64,000 bases of DNA from Polyangiales bacterium (GTDB lineage Bacteria; Myxococcota_A; Polyangia; Polyangiales; Ga0077539), in NCBI GenBank assembly GCA_041389825.1, contig JAWKRC010000007.1, forward strand, positions 125,093 to 189,092, given 5' to 3'. The position numbers and the translations under genes were made by a program. Below, one piece after another: positions 1 through 7,663 of the stretch (its first letter is position 1; every line of letters begins with the position of its first letter). The notes under the pieces were generated by a model. That model did not search any database, had not been told where the DNA came from, and was given only the letters and a program-made list of their open reading frames with translations.

Positions 1-339
1 CCTCGACCATCGCGTCGACGCGCCAGAGCGGCACCCACACGAGCGTGACGGCCTCGATGTCGGCGCGGTGGCTGTCCACCGGCCGCAGGAGCCCCTCCTG
101 GATGCGCTCGCGCGCGCGCCGGGCGCCCTCCTCCTCGCTGATCCGCGGGGAGACCACGAAGGCCGCGTCGTCGGTGACGGTCACCCTCGGCCCCGGGGGC
201 GAGGCCAGGGGACCGAAGCGGAGTCGCGACGCGCCGGGCTTCATCGCGCGAACGACAGCACCCCGCCGCGGAGCGCGCAACGGCCTATGATCGCGGCGCC
301 CTGGGGTCACGACTCCGACGCTGGGTTCCGTGTCTCGCG

Positions 340-1902
340 GTGGGCGTCGCCTTCGCGGGGTGCGCGCAGGGCGAGCCCCCGACGGTGGAGGAGGACGCGG
401 CGACGGCCGACGCGGGGTCGTCGGGCGACATCGATGTCGCGCCTGCCATGGACGCGGGTTCTCCCGCGGACCTCGCGACTCGCTTCGACGCGTCCCCAGA
501 CGACCTCCCCGCGACGATGGACGCTGCCGCGCCGCGTGACGTCTCTGTCGCGGTCGACCGGCCCGCGGTCGTCGACGTCCCGCCCGCGAGGGACGTCTCT
601 GCGCCGACCGATGCGCCCGCCGCGCCGAGCGTGAGCGACTACCTCATCCAGGACGTCTGTGTCGCGACAGACGGTTCGCTCCTCGCCGACGACCCCTGGG
701 ACGGATGCCCCGCGGGCGCGGTCGCGCGGGACCTCCGCGTGGGGGAGCCCCTCCCCTACCACCGCCACGACCAGCCCGGCCCGGGCGCCCCTCGCGGCTA
801 CCAGCGCAAGGACTCGTTCCTGCGGGCCGACGGGCGCGCGGTGCACAGCTTCGACTTCGCGCCCTTCGGCGAGTTCAACCCTGACCGCGACGGCTACGAC
901 GTGAGCGAGTCCGACGGAGACTTCGTCTCCATCATCGGCACGCGCGACCCCACCGGCCTCGCGCAGACCTTCTACGGCAGCGGGTGCCGCCTCGACGACG
1001 CGTGGCTCCTCCTGCCCACCGCGGGCTTCACCGCGGCCGGGTCGCGCGTCGCCACCCTCGCCCTCGTCGGGTGGGAGCGCGCGTCGAGGGCCTTCCCCGG
1101 CCCGTGCCCCTCCCGCTACGACAGCGCGTACACCGACTGGGCGCCGCGGCGCTTCACCTTCGGCGGCGTGAACGGCGCGCCCGCGAAGGCCCTCGACGCC
1201 ATCGTGGTGAACCACTACGGCGGCCGCGACGCCGCCACCGCCGACCACATCGAGCGCTTCTACTTCACCCGCGCCTACGGCCTCACCCGCTGGGAGCGCT
1301 GGGAGAACAACCGCGGCACCGCCCGCCAGGAGGGCTGCGTCGGCGCCACCGCCGAGGGCCCCTTCCGCCGCGTCGACTGCCGCGACTGGACGCAGGTCTT
1401 CGCCGAGCCGCTGCCGTACCCGAGCGGCGCGTGGCCCACGCCCTACGCGCGATCGAACCTCCTGCGCAACCACGACTTCGGCGCGGGCACCGTCGACGCC
1501 TGGGCGCGCATCGGGGCGTCGACCAGCGGCGCGATGACCAACTGGAGCGTCATCGACGACAGCGACGGAGGCCACCACCTCGCCACGAACTGCGCGGGCG
1601 CGTGCTCGCCCGGACAGGGCCTCTACCAAGACGTCCCGCGCGGGGATCTCTCGGGCGCGTACCGCTTCGGCGCGCGGCTGTGGGCCGAGGGCGAGGGCGA
1701 CGTCGAGGTCGTGGTGTTCCAGCGAGACAGCGCCGCGCGCATCGTGCAGCGCGACGCGGTGACCGCGCGGCTGACGCGGTCTCAACAGCGGGTGCGCTCG
1801 CCGAGCTTCACCGTCGCCGCGGGCGTCACGCAGCTCCGCTTCACGGTGTACCTGAACACCTCGGCCACGGTGCACGTCGACGACGCGTGGGTCGCGCCGT
1901 GA
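340..1902 (+). CDS. secreted hypothetical protein, probable lipoprotein; C-terminal region resembles a carbohydrate-binding/jelly-roll module
   Basis: 520-aa ORF with strong GC3 bias on + strand. N-terminus has a lipobox-like VAFAGC, but the GTG start at 340 leaves too short a signal peptide, so the true start is probably upstream. Pro/Asp-rich linker, then a globular C-terminal domain (NHDFGAGTVDAW...TNCAGAC). Family assignment is inferred. Confidence 0.55.
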   Translation: MGVAFAGCAQGEPPTVEEDAATADAGSSGDIDVAPAMDAGSPADLATRFDASPDDLPATMDAAAPRDVSVAVDRPAVVDVPPARDVSAPTDAPAAPSVSDYLIQDVCVATDGSLLADDPWDGCPAGAVARDLRVGEPLPYHRHDQPGPGAPRGYQRKDSFLRADGRAVHSFDFAPFGEFNPDRDGYDVSESDGDFVSIIGTRDPTGLAQTFYGSGCRLDDAWLLLPTAGFTAAGSRVATLALVGWERASRAFPGPCPSRYDSAYTDWAPRRFTFGGVNGAPAKALDAIVVNHYGGRDAATADHIERFYFTRAYGLTRWERWENNRGTARQEGCVGATAEGPFRRVDCRDWTQVFAEPLPYPSGAWPTPYARSNLLRNHDFGAGTVDAWARIGASTSGAMTNWSVIDDSDGGHHLATNCAGACSPGQGLYQDVPRGDLSGAYRFGARLWAEGEGDVEVVVFQRDSAARIVQRDAVTARLTRSQQRVRSPSFTVAAGVTQLRFTVYLNTSATVHVDDAWVAP

Positions 1903-1905
1903 CGC

Positions 1906-2352
1906 TCACGCCTCGGCGGCGCGCTTGAGGTCGGCGGCGTACTGGTCGAACACCGGCACGAAATCCGGGAGCGAGCCCGCGATCATCGGGAGCATCAAGC
2001 CAGTGAAGACCTCGCACATCTCGAACTCGGTCTCGCCGTCGCCCTTCGGCGTGAGCGTGTAGGTCCGCACCCCGCGGAACATCGGCGCGAAGCCGTCGCT
2101 CCAGGTCATCGCCGCGTTCGCCTTCACGCCGCTCACGGTGGGGGAGAACACCCGCCCCGGCGCGGCCTTCACCTTGATCGCGAGCTTCTTGCCCTCGGCG
2201 ATCTCGCCGTCGATCGACTCCACCGTGGAGTTCCACGACGGGAAGCCCTTCGCGTCGGTGAGCAGCGCCCACACCCGCTCGGGCGCCGCGTGGATGGTCT
2301 CGGTCACCCGCACCTCGAGGCGAAAGGTCGTCCTCGTCTTCGTCGCGCTCAT
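1906..2352 (-). CDS. SRPBCC (START/AHSA1/polyketide-cyclase-like) family protein
   Basis: 148-aa ORF from internal ATG (MSATKTRTTFRLEV...) with typical SRPBCC sequence features. The longer ORF 1906..2784 adds only an Arg/Pro-rich low-complexity N-terminus that overlaps the next gene. Confidence 0.7.
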   Translation of the reverse strand: MSATKTRTTFRLEVRVTETIHAAPERVWALLTDAKGFPSWNSTVESIDGEIAEGKKLAIKVKAAPGRVFSPTVSGVKANAAMTWSDGFAPMFRGVRTYTLTPKGDGETEFEMCEVFTGLMLPMIAGSLPDFVPVFDQYAADLKRAAEA

Positions 2353-2405
2353 CGCAGCCCTCTCTGGCCGACCCCTCGTCGGTGCGGGCGATGGTAACCA
2401 GATCG

Positions 2406-2828
2406 TTACCGTTGGCAACGTTCCCGCAGCGCGCTCAAGACCGCCTCCCACGAGCGCTCGTAGGCCGGGGCGCGCACCACGAAGAGCCCCGCGCTCTCGG
2501 GCCCGGGGCCGTGCGTGACCTCGACCACGGTCTCGTCTCCGTCGGCCGTGAAGGTCACCGTCACGCGCGTCGGGTGGGCCGCGTCGGTGCCGGGGTAGAA
2601 GTCCATCTCCAGCCGGTCGGGGGGCTCCCACGCCGTCACGCGACCGAGCTCCGCCTCGCGGCCGTCGCGGGCGCGCTCGAAGAAGCGACCCGCGGCCTCG
2701 ATGAGGACCTCGCTCTCGGGGTCTCCGAGGTGACGGCGCGACGGGGGCCACCACTCCGTCGCGGCGCCCGTGAAGAGCGACCACGCGCGGTGGACGTCGC
2801 CCGCGAGGCGCACCGAGCGGCGGATCAT
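2406..2828 (-). CDS. SRPBCC/AHSA1-like (activator of Hsp90 ATPase homologue) domain protein
   Basis: 140-aa ORF; sequence is typical of AHSA1/SRPBCC proteins that are often co-encoded with ArsR regulators. Its start overlaps the ArsR stop by 4 bp (ATGA). Confidence 0.7.
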   Translation of the reverse strand: MIRRSVRLAGDVHRAWSLFTGAATEWWPPSRRHLGDPESEVLIEAAGRFFERARDGREAELGRVTAWEPPDRLEMDFYPGTDAAHPTRVTVTFTADGDETVVEVTHGPGPESAGLFVVRAPAYERSWEAVLSALRERCQR

Positions 2829-3124
2829 CGACGCGACAGCCTCTCGAGGCGCGCCAGGGCGACGTCCCAGAACTCGTCGAGGTATTCGCGCACCGCGGCG
2901 AAGCCCTGCACCCGCACGCAGTACACGTTGCGGGCGCCCTCGGCGCGAGACTCCACCAGGCCCGCGCCCTCGAGCACCCTCAAGTGCCGCGACACCGCGG
3001 GTCGGCTCACCGGAAACCGCTCGGCGATCTCTCCCACCGACAAGGGCGCGTCGCGGAGGCTCCGCAGGATCTCCCTGCGCACGGGGTTGCCGAGGGCGTC
3101 GAGCGCGTGCGCGGCGTCTTTCAT
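2825..3124 (-). CDS. ArsR/SmtB family transcriptional regulator (winged HTH)
   Basis: 99-aa ORF from internal ATG (MKDAAHALDALGNPVRREILRSL...). Motif LGNPVRRxIL...SxPAVSxHLxxLxxAGLV is diagnostic for ArsR. The longer ORF 2825..3283 adds an Arg/Cys-rich tail that runs through the divergent promoter region. Confidence 0.75.
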   Translation of the reverse strand: MKDAAHALDALGNPVRREILRSLRDAPLSVGEIAERFPVSRPAVSRHLRVLEGAGLVESRAEGARNVYCVRVQGFAAVREYLDEFWDVALARLERLSRR

Positions 3125-3126
3125 AC

Positions 3127-3146
3127 GCGTAACGCCGAGGTTACGC
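3127..3146. promoter_or_regulatory. inverted repeat gcgtaac-N6-gttacgc immediately upstream of the arsR start; candidate ArsR operator
   Basis: 7-bp perfect arms read directly from the sequence, lying in the 158-bp divergent intergenic region between arsR (-) and yceI (+). Confidence 0.3.
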
Positions 3147-3181
3147 CGCCCGACCCCGCCCCGACAAGCGCCCGCGGCCCC

Positions 3182-3200
3182 GCGCAACCCCGCGTTGCGC
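3182..3200. promoter_or_regulatory. second inverted repeat gcgcaac-N5-gttgcgc in the same divergent promoter region
   Basis: 7-bp perfect arms, near-identical in sequence to the first inverted repeat (gcgTaac vs gcgCaac). Confidence 0.3.
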
Positions 3201-3282
3201 CGCGCGCGTCTCACGCCGCCGTGACACGGGGCTATACAGGTCCTCACGACCGGGGCGCTTCCCCCGCATCTGGAGTCTACCA

Positions 3283-3951
3283 ATGCTCGCTCACCGCTCC
3301 CTCGCCGTCGCGCTCGTCCTCGCCGCCCTCGCGGGCTGCAAAGAGAGCGCGCCCGCCGCCACCACCACGGCGCCCGTCACCGCGCCCGCGACCAACACCG
3401 CCGCGAACGGCAACGCCGCGCCCGCTCCCACCGCGCCGCCTCCGGCTGGCACCACGCGGCTCGCCCTCTCGCCGGCCACCTCGCGCATCGAGTTCGTCGG
3501 CCGCAAGGTCACCGCCTCGCACGAGGGCCGCTTCGACCAGTTCACCGGCACCCTCGACCTCGACCCCGAGCACCTCGAGAACAGCCGCGTGAACGTGGTG
3601 ATCCAGATGGGCTCGGTGCAGATCGAGCCCGCGCGCCTGCGCGGCCACCTCATGTCGCCCGACCTCTTCAACGTGGCGCAGTTCCCGACGGCGACCTTCA
3701 CCACCACGTCGATCCGCCCCGGCGGCGCCGACGGCGCGACGCACACCGTCACCGGCAACCTCACGCTCCACGGGCAGACGCGCGGCGTGACCTTCCCCGC
3801 GCGCCTCGCGGTGACCCCCGCCGCGGCCACCGCCACCGCGGAGTTCACCATCAACCGCCGCGACTTCGGGATCATCTACCCCGGCATGCCCGACGACCTC
3901 ATCCGCGACGACGTCACGATCCGCCTGAACCTGAACGCGCCGCGCTCCTGA
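3283..3951 (+). CDS. YceI family periplasmic lipoprotein
   Basis: 222 aa. Signal peptide with lipobox LAGC, then an Ala/Thr/Pro linker and a YceI-like beta-barrel region (LALSPATSRIEFVGRKVTASHEGRF...TGNLTLHGQTR). Confidence 0.75.
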   Translation: MLAHRSLAVALVLAALAGCKESAPAATTTAPVTAPATNTAANGNAAPAPTAPPPAGTTRLALSPATSRIEFVGRKVTASHEGRFDQFTGTLDLDPEHLENSRVNVVIQMGSVQIEPARLRGHLMSPDLFNVAQFPTATFTTTSIRPGGADGATHTVTGNLTLHGQTRGVTFPARLAVTPAAATATAEFTINRRDFGIIYPGMPDDLIRDDVTIRLNLNAPRS

Positions 3952-3980
3952 ACCCCTCGCGCGGGCGCTACCCTCGCGCG

Positions 3981-4904
3981 ATGCGCCCGACGGCCCTCGA
4001 CCGCGCCCTCCTCGCCCTCGACGGGCTCTCCCTCGGCGACGCCTTCGGGCAGCGGGTCTTCTCGGGCCCCGATCCGCACTCTCGCGTGATCGCGCGGAGG
4101 GTCCTCCCTCGGGCGCCGTGGAGACACAGCGACGACACGGCGATGGCGTCGGTGCTCGTCGAGCACTTGCACCTTCGAGGCGCGATCGACCGCGACGCGC
4201 TCGCGCTCGACTTCGCGCGGCGGTACAGCGCCGACCCCGCGCGGGGCTACGGCGCCGTCGCCCACTGGATCCTCACGCGCGTCGGCGCGGGCCACCCGTG
4301 GAGGGACACCGCGCGCACGCCCTTTCAAGGCACGGGCTCGATGGGCAACGGCGCGGCGATGCGGGTCGCCCCCGTCGCGGCGTGGTGGGTCGACGACCTC
4401 GACGAGGCCCTGCGTGGCGCCATCGCTTCGGCCGAGGTGACGCACGCGAACCCGCAGGGGATCGCGGGCGCGGTGGCGGTGGCCGCGGCGTGCGTGTTCG
4501 CGTGGCGCGCGCGGCGCGATCCGACGGCGGTGAAGGCGGCGGAGGTGCTGCGCTTCGTGGCGGAGCGGACCCCTGACGGCGCCGTGCGCGACGGCGTGCG
4601 CGAGGCAGCGCGGAGGGTCGACGCGACGCCGTACGACGCGGCGAAGGCGCTGGGCGACGGCCGGGAGGTGACCGCGCCCGACACGGTTCCCTACGCGCTG
4701 TGGTGCGCGGCGACCGCGCTCGGAGACTTCGAGGGCGCGCAGTGGCGCTGCGCCGAGGGGCTCACCACGCCGGGCGCCGACGTCGACACGGCCTGCGCCA
4801 TCGTCGGAGGCGTCGTCGCGCTCGCGGTGGGGCGCGAGGGGCTCCCGCCGTCGTGGTTGCAGGCGCGAGAGCCGCTGTCGGTGGCGCTCGACGACGCGGG
4901 GTAG
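3981..4904 (+). CDS. ADP-ribosylglycohydrolase family protein (DraG/ARH-like)
   Basis: 307 aa. Contains SDDT and GNGAAMR motifs typical of the ADP-ribosylglycohydrolase fold. Confidence 0.7.
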   Translation: MRPTALDRALLALDGLSLGDAFGQRVFSGPDPHSRVIARRVLPRAPWRHSDDTAMASVLVEHLHLRGAIDRDALALDFARRYSADPARGYGAVAHWILTRVGAGHPWRDTARTPFQGTGSMGNGAAMRVAPVAAWWVDDLDEALRGAIASAEVTHANPQGIAGAVAVAAACVFAWRARRDPTAVKAAEVLRFVAERTPDGAVRDGVREAARRVDATPYDAAKALGDGREVTAPDTVPYALWCAATALGDFEGAQWRCAEGLTTPGADVDTACAIVGGVVALAVGREGLPPSWLQAREPLSVALDDAG

Positions 4905-4912
4905 CCGCCGCG

Positions 4913-5848
4913 TCAGGGCGCGAGCCAGGCGGCGAGGGCCGAGGCGTCTCGCTCCATCACCGCGTCGCCGACGGCGTCGGCGCCATCACGCACCACGCGC
5001 TCACGCAGCTCGGAGGCCTCGCGCTCGGTCAACGCACGCCCGAGCCTCCGCTCGCACTGCCGCTTGAGGAGCGCGAGCTCTCCCTCGGCGCGTCCCTCGG
5101 CGCGTCCCTTCTCCACTCCCCTCGACTCGGCGAGCTGGAGCGCGCCGCGCGCGTCCTGCTCGGCGACCTTGGCGCGGTCGTAGGCCTCCCACTCGGCCGC
5201 GGTGAAGGCCGCCGCGCGCGAGGCCTCCAGCGCCTTTCGCGTGGCGACCTCGTGCAGGGTCGGCGGCACCGCGTCGAGCTTCGACCCGAGCCGAAAGACG
5301 TAGGCCCACTCCTCCACGGCGCTCGTCGGCGCGCGATTCAGCGGGTACTTCGGGAGCTCCACGAAGACGTACTGCACCTGCGAGAGGCCCAGCCGCCCGC
5401 CGTGCTGCTCCTGCATGCGCCAGTGGCTCACCAGCGGCACCGGGGCTGAGCCCGGCGCGTCAGGCCACAGCTCGAAATCGCAGATCGACACGGCGATCAC
5501 GTCGTTGAGTTTGGGGTAGTCCTCGCCCCCCGCGAGCTGGCCGACGTAGGCCTTCGAGGCGTTATAGACCACGCGCTTCTCGAAGCCCGCGACGTTCAGC
5601 ACCTGCATCTCGACCACGAAGACCACGCCTCGCGCGTCGCGGCACTTCACGTCGACCACCGAGAACTTCAGCGCGTCGACCCGCGGCCGCTCCTCCTCGC
5701 GCAGGAAGGTCACCTCCGCGATCGCCCGCTCGCCCGAGAGGTTCAGGAGCGCGTTGAGCAGCGCGATGAGGATGTCTTTGTGCTCCTCGGCGCCGAACAC
5801 CTTCTTGAAGACGAAGTCGGTCTTGAGGTCCGCGAAGACGGCGCGCAT
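4913..5848 (-). CDS. Rpn family recombination-promoting nuclease / putative transposase (PD-(D/E)XK, transposase_31-like)
   Basis: Start taken at internal ATG (MRAVFADLKTDFVFKKVFG...), the canonical Rpn/YhgA N-terminus. Conserved ...VVDVKCRDARGVVFVVEMQV... nuclease core. The ORF as called (4913..5932) has a 28-aa extension. Confidence 0.7.
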   Translation of the reverse strand: MRAVFADLKTDFVFKKVFGAEEHKDILIALLNALLNLSGERAIAEVTFLREEERPRVDALKFSVVDVKCRDARGVVFVVEMQVLNVAGFEKRVVYNASKAYVGQLAGGEDYPKLNDVIAVSICDFELWPDAPGSAPVPLVSHWRMQEQHGGRLGLSQVQYVFVELPKYPLNRAPTSAVEEWAYVFRLGSKLDAVPPTLHEVATRKALEASRAAAFTAAEWEAYDRAKVAEQDARGALQLAESRGVEKGRAEGRAEGELALLKRQCERRLGRALTEREASELRERVVRDGADAVGDAVMERDASALAAWLAP

Positions 5849-5920
5849 GGCGGCCGCAGGGTAGCGTGACGACGGGAGCGGGGCAGCGCCCCCGGGCAGG
5901 GGCGCACCCTCCCACGGGTA

Positions 5921-6030
5921 GGGGTGTTTCATCCCTGCTCAGGCGAATTCCATCGGTGCCGCTGGGATGAAACATCCCTGCCCAGGGGAGTTCCATCCCT
6001 GCCCTTGGGATGAAACGTCACGGGGTCGGT
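5921..6030. repeat. cluster of three imperfect ~43-bp palindromic repeat units (ttccatcc-N9-gggatgaaac / gtttcatccc) between the Rpn gene and a divergent hypothetical gene
   Basis: Read directly: gtttcatccctgc at 5926-5938; unit b 5946-5987 (ttccatcggtgccgctgggatgaaacatccctgcccaggg); unit c 5988-6030 (ttccatccctgcccttgggatgaaacgtcac...). Each unit carries an internal 8-bp inverted repeat with a 9-nt spacer. Confidence 0.55.
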
Positions 6031-6130
6031 CGATTCCGCGGACGTCGCCGCCCTCTCGTTCTGAGTACCTGTGAGCAACACGAGGCGCACCGACGGTCGG
6101 CGCGTCCGCTGGGGCTCGGAGGATTCCATC

Positions 6131-6730
6131 ATGAGCCGCAAGCCCGCCTGTTCCGTCTCCGTCACCGCCCCCGCGCCCGCCGAGGCCGACCCCTTCGACG
6201 CCATCGAGCGACACGTCGACGCCGTCGATCAGGCCACCACGGGCCTCCAGCCCCTCGCCGCCGAGAAGCGCGCCACCACCGCGCGCGGCGTCGGCACCCT
6301 CGTCGAGCCCGCCCGCGCGCTGTGCGCCGTGCTCACCACCGCCCCGAGCGACCCGGCGAAGGTCCCGCGTCACAAGCGCCTCGTCGGGGCCTTCGATGTC
6401 ATCGCCGCGCACGACGGCGGAGACGACCCTGAGCGCTTCGAGCCCGAGGCCATCTCCGCGAAGCTCGACCGCGCCGCACGCGCGACGGCGCTCGCCGATC
6501 GCCTCGACGGCCTGGCGCGCAGGCTCCGCGACGACGCGCTCCGCACCACCGAGTCGGTCTCGCGACCGATCACCATGGCGCTCGACCTCGCCCGCACCCT
6601 CGCCCGCGGAGACTTCGCCGACGAGCTCGTCCCCGTCACCGACGCCCTCGCGGCCCTCACGGCGAAAGCCCGACGCGCGCCGAAGGCCGAGCCCGCGACG
6701 GAGCCCGAGGCCGACGCCGACGCGGAGTGA
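6131..6730 (+). CDS. hypothetical protein
   Basis: 199 aa from internal ATG (MSRKPACSVSV...) with a GAUUCC-like spacer upstream and a strong GC3 bias. No recognisable domain; Ala/Asp/Arg-rich and probably helical. Confidence 0.45.
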   Translation: MSRKPACSVSVTAPAPAEADPFDAIERHVDAVDQATTGLQPLAAEKRATTARGVGTLVEPARALCAVLTTAPSDPAKVPRHKRLVGAFDVIAAHDGGDDPERFEPEAISAKLDRAARATALADRLDGLARRLRDDALRTTESVSRPITMALDLARTLARGDFADELVPVTDALAALTAKARRAPKAEPATEPEADADAE

Positions 6731-6733
6731 ATC

Positions 6734-7663
6734 TCAGCCCTTCCCTGCGTCGCCCGCCATCACCGCGCGCGCGTGGCAGCCCTTCAGCCACGCGCCGCGG
6801 TCGGGCGCGGTCACGAAGGCCTTCAACTCCTCCGGCCCGAGCAGCAGCACGAGCGTCTGACCGTTCCGTCGCGACCAGCGTTCGATCTGCACGGTCTTGG
6901 CGAAGCCCCCGGTCGCGACGAACAGACCGAGCTGACATCGGCTATAGCGCCGTTCGAGCTTCGCCCAGAAGAGCGTGAGCTCGTCGACCCCCACCGGCTT
7001 CGACCAGTTCTTGCACTCCACCAGGATGTACTGGCTCTCGCGCTCCCAGAACGGGTCGCGGGCGTTGTTCTGGACGAGCACGTCGACCTCTTCGAGCTCG
7101 TTCTGCACGTTGCTCCGCACCGACTCGAAGCCCGGCATCGAGCGGAACAGGAGCACGAGGAGCTGCTCCAACAACCGCCCCTTCTTCTGCGGGTCCACCT
7201 CGGTCTGCGTGTCGGCCCAGGTCTGTCGAATGCTCGCCTCCAGCGCGTCGCGGTCGAGACGCGCGAGGGTCCGCTCGCGGTAGAGCTCCATCGCGTTGCG
7301 CACCTTGACCTTGAGGAACACCTCGAAGTGTTCGTCCTTCTTCAGGTAGTCGTAGGCGCCGCTGCGGAAGGCCCTCGCGATCGACTCCGCCGACGCGTAG
7401 CCCGTCGCGAGGATCACCTTCGCGTCAGGCGCGACGCTCGCGAACTGGCCGATCAGGTCAAGGCCCACGTCTGGCCCCGCGGGGCCGTTCAACCGTTGGT
7501 CGAGGAGGATCACGGCGCACCCGCGCTTCGAGAGCCGTTGCAGGGCCTCGTCGCGGCTGCGGGCGGTCTCGACGACGTAGCCCTCGTCGCCCAGAAAATC
7601 TCGGTACGTGTCGACGAAGGTCTGCTCGTCATCGACGACGAGCACCCATCCCTGCGTGGTCAT
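6734..7663 (-). CDS. response regulator with N-terminal REC domain fused to a C-terminal Mrr-like (Mrr_cat, PD-(D/E)XK) restriction-endonuclease domain
   Basis: 309 aa. REC features: VLVVDDEQ, LLDQRL (Asp acceptor) and ...DYLKK. C-terminal ...LLEQLLVLLFRSMPGFESV...EEVDVLVQN...ILVECKNW...FVATGGFAKT matches the Mrr catalytic-domain pattern (D...E.K). Translationally coupled (ATGA) to the upstream kinase. Confidence 0.75.
   Translation of the reverse strand: MTTQGWVLVVDDEQTFVDTYRDFLGDEGYVVETARSRDEALQRLSKRGCAVILLDQRLNGPAGPDVGLDLIGQFASVAPDAKVILATGYASAESIARAFRSGAYDYLKKDEHFEVFLKVKVRNAMELYRERTLARLDRDALEASIRQTWADTQTEVDPQKKGRLLEQLLVLLFRSMPGFESVRSNVQNELEEVDVLVQNNARDPFWERESQYILVECKNWSKPVGVDELTLFWAKLERRYSRCQLGLFVATGGFAKTVQIERWSRRNGQTLVLLLGPEELKAFVTAPDRGAWLKGCHARAVMAGDAGKG

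Noticed and set aside
2382-3224. 280-aa + strand ORF across the ArsR operon and the 3283 ORF extension of arsR to the yceI start
   Set aside because: Low-complexity Arg/Pro-rich translation that overlaps well-supported genes on the other strand. It is an artefact of GC content.
5929-6412. ORFs 5929..6204 (-) and 5939..6412 (-) overlapping the repeat region and the start of the 6131 gene
   Set aside because: They run through the palindromic repeat array, have no codon bias support, and conflict with the better-supported + strand gene.
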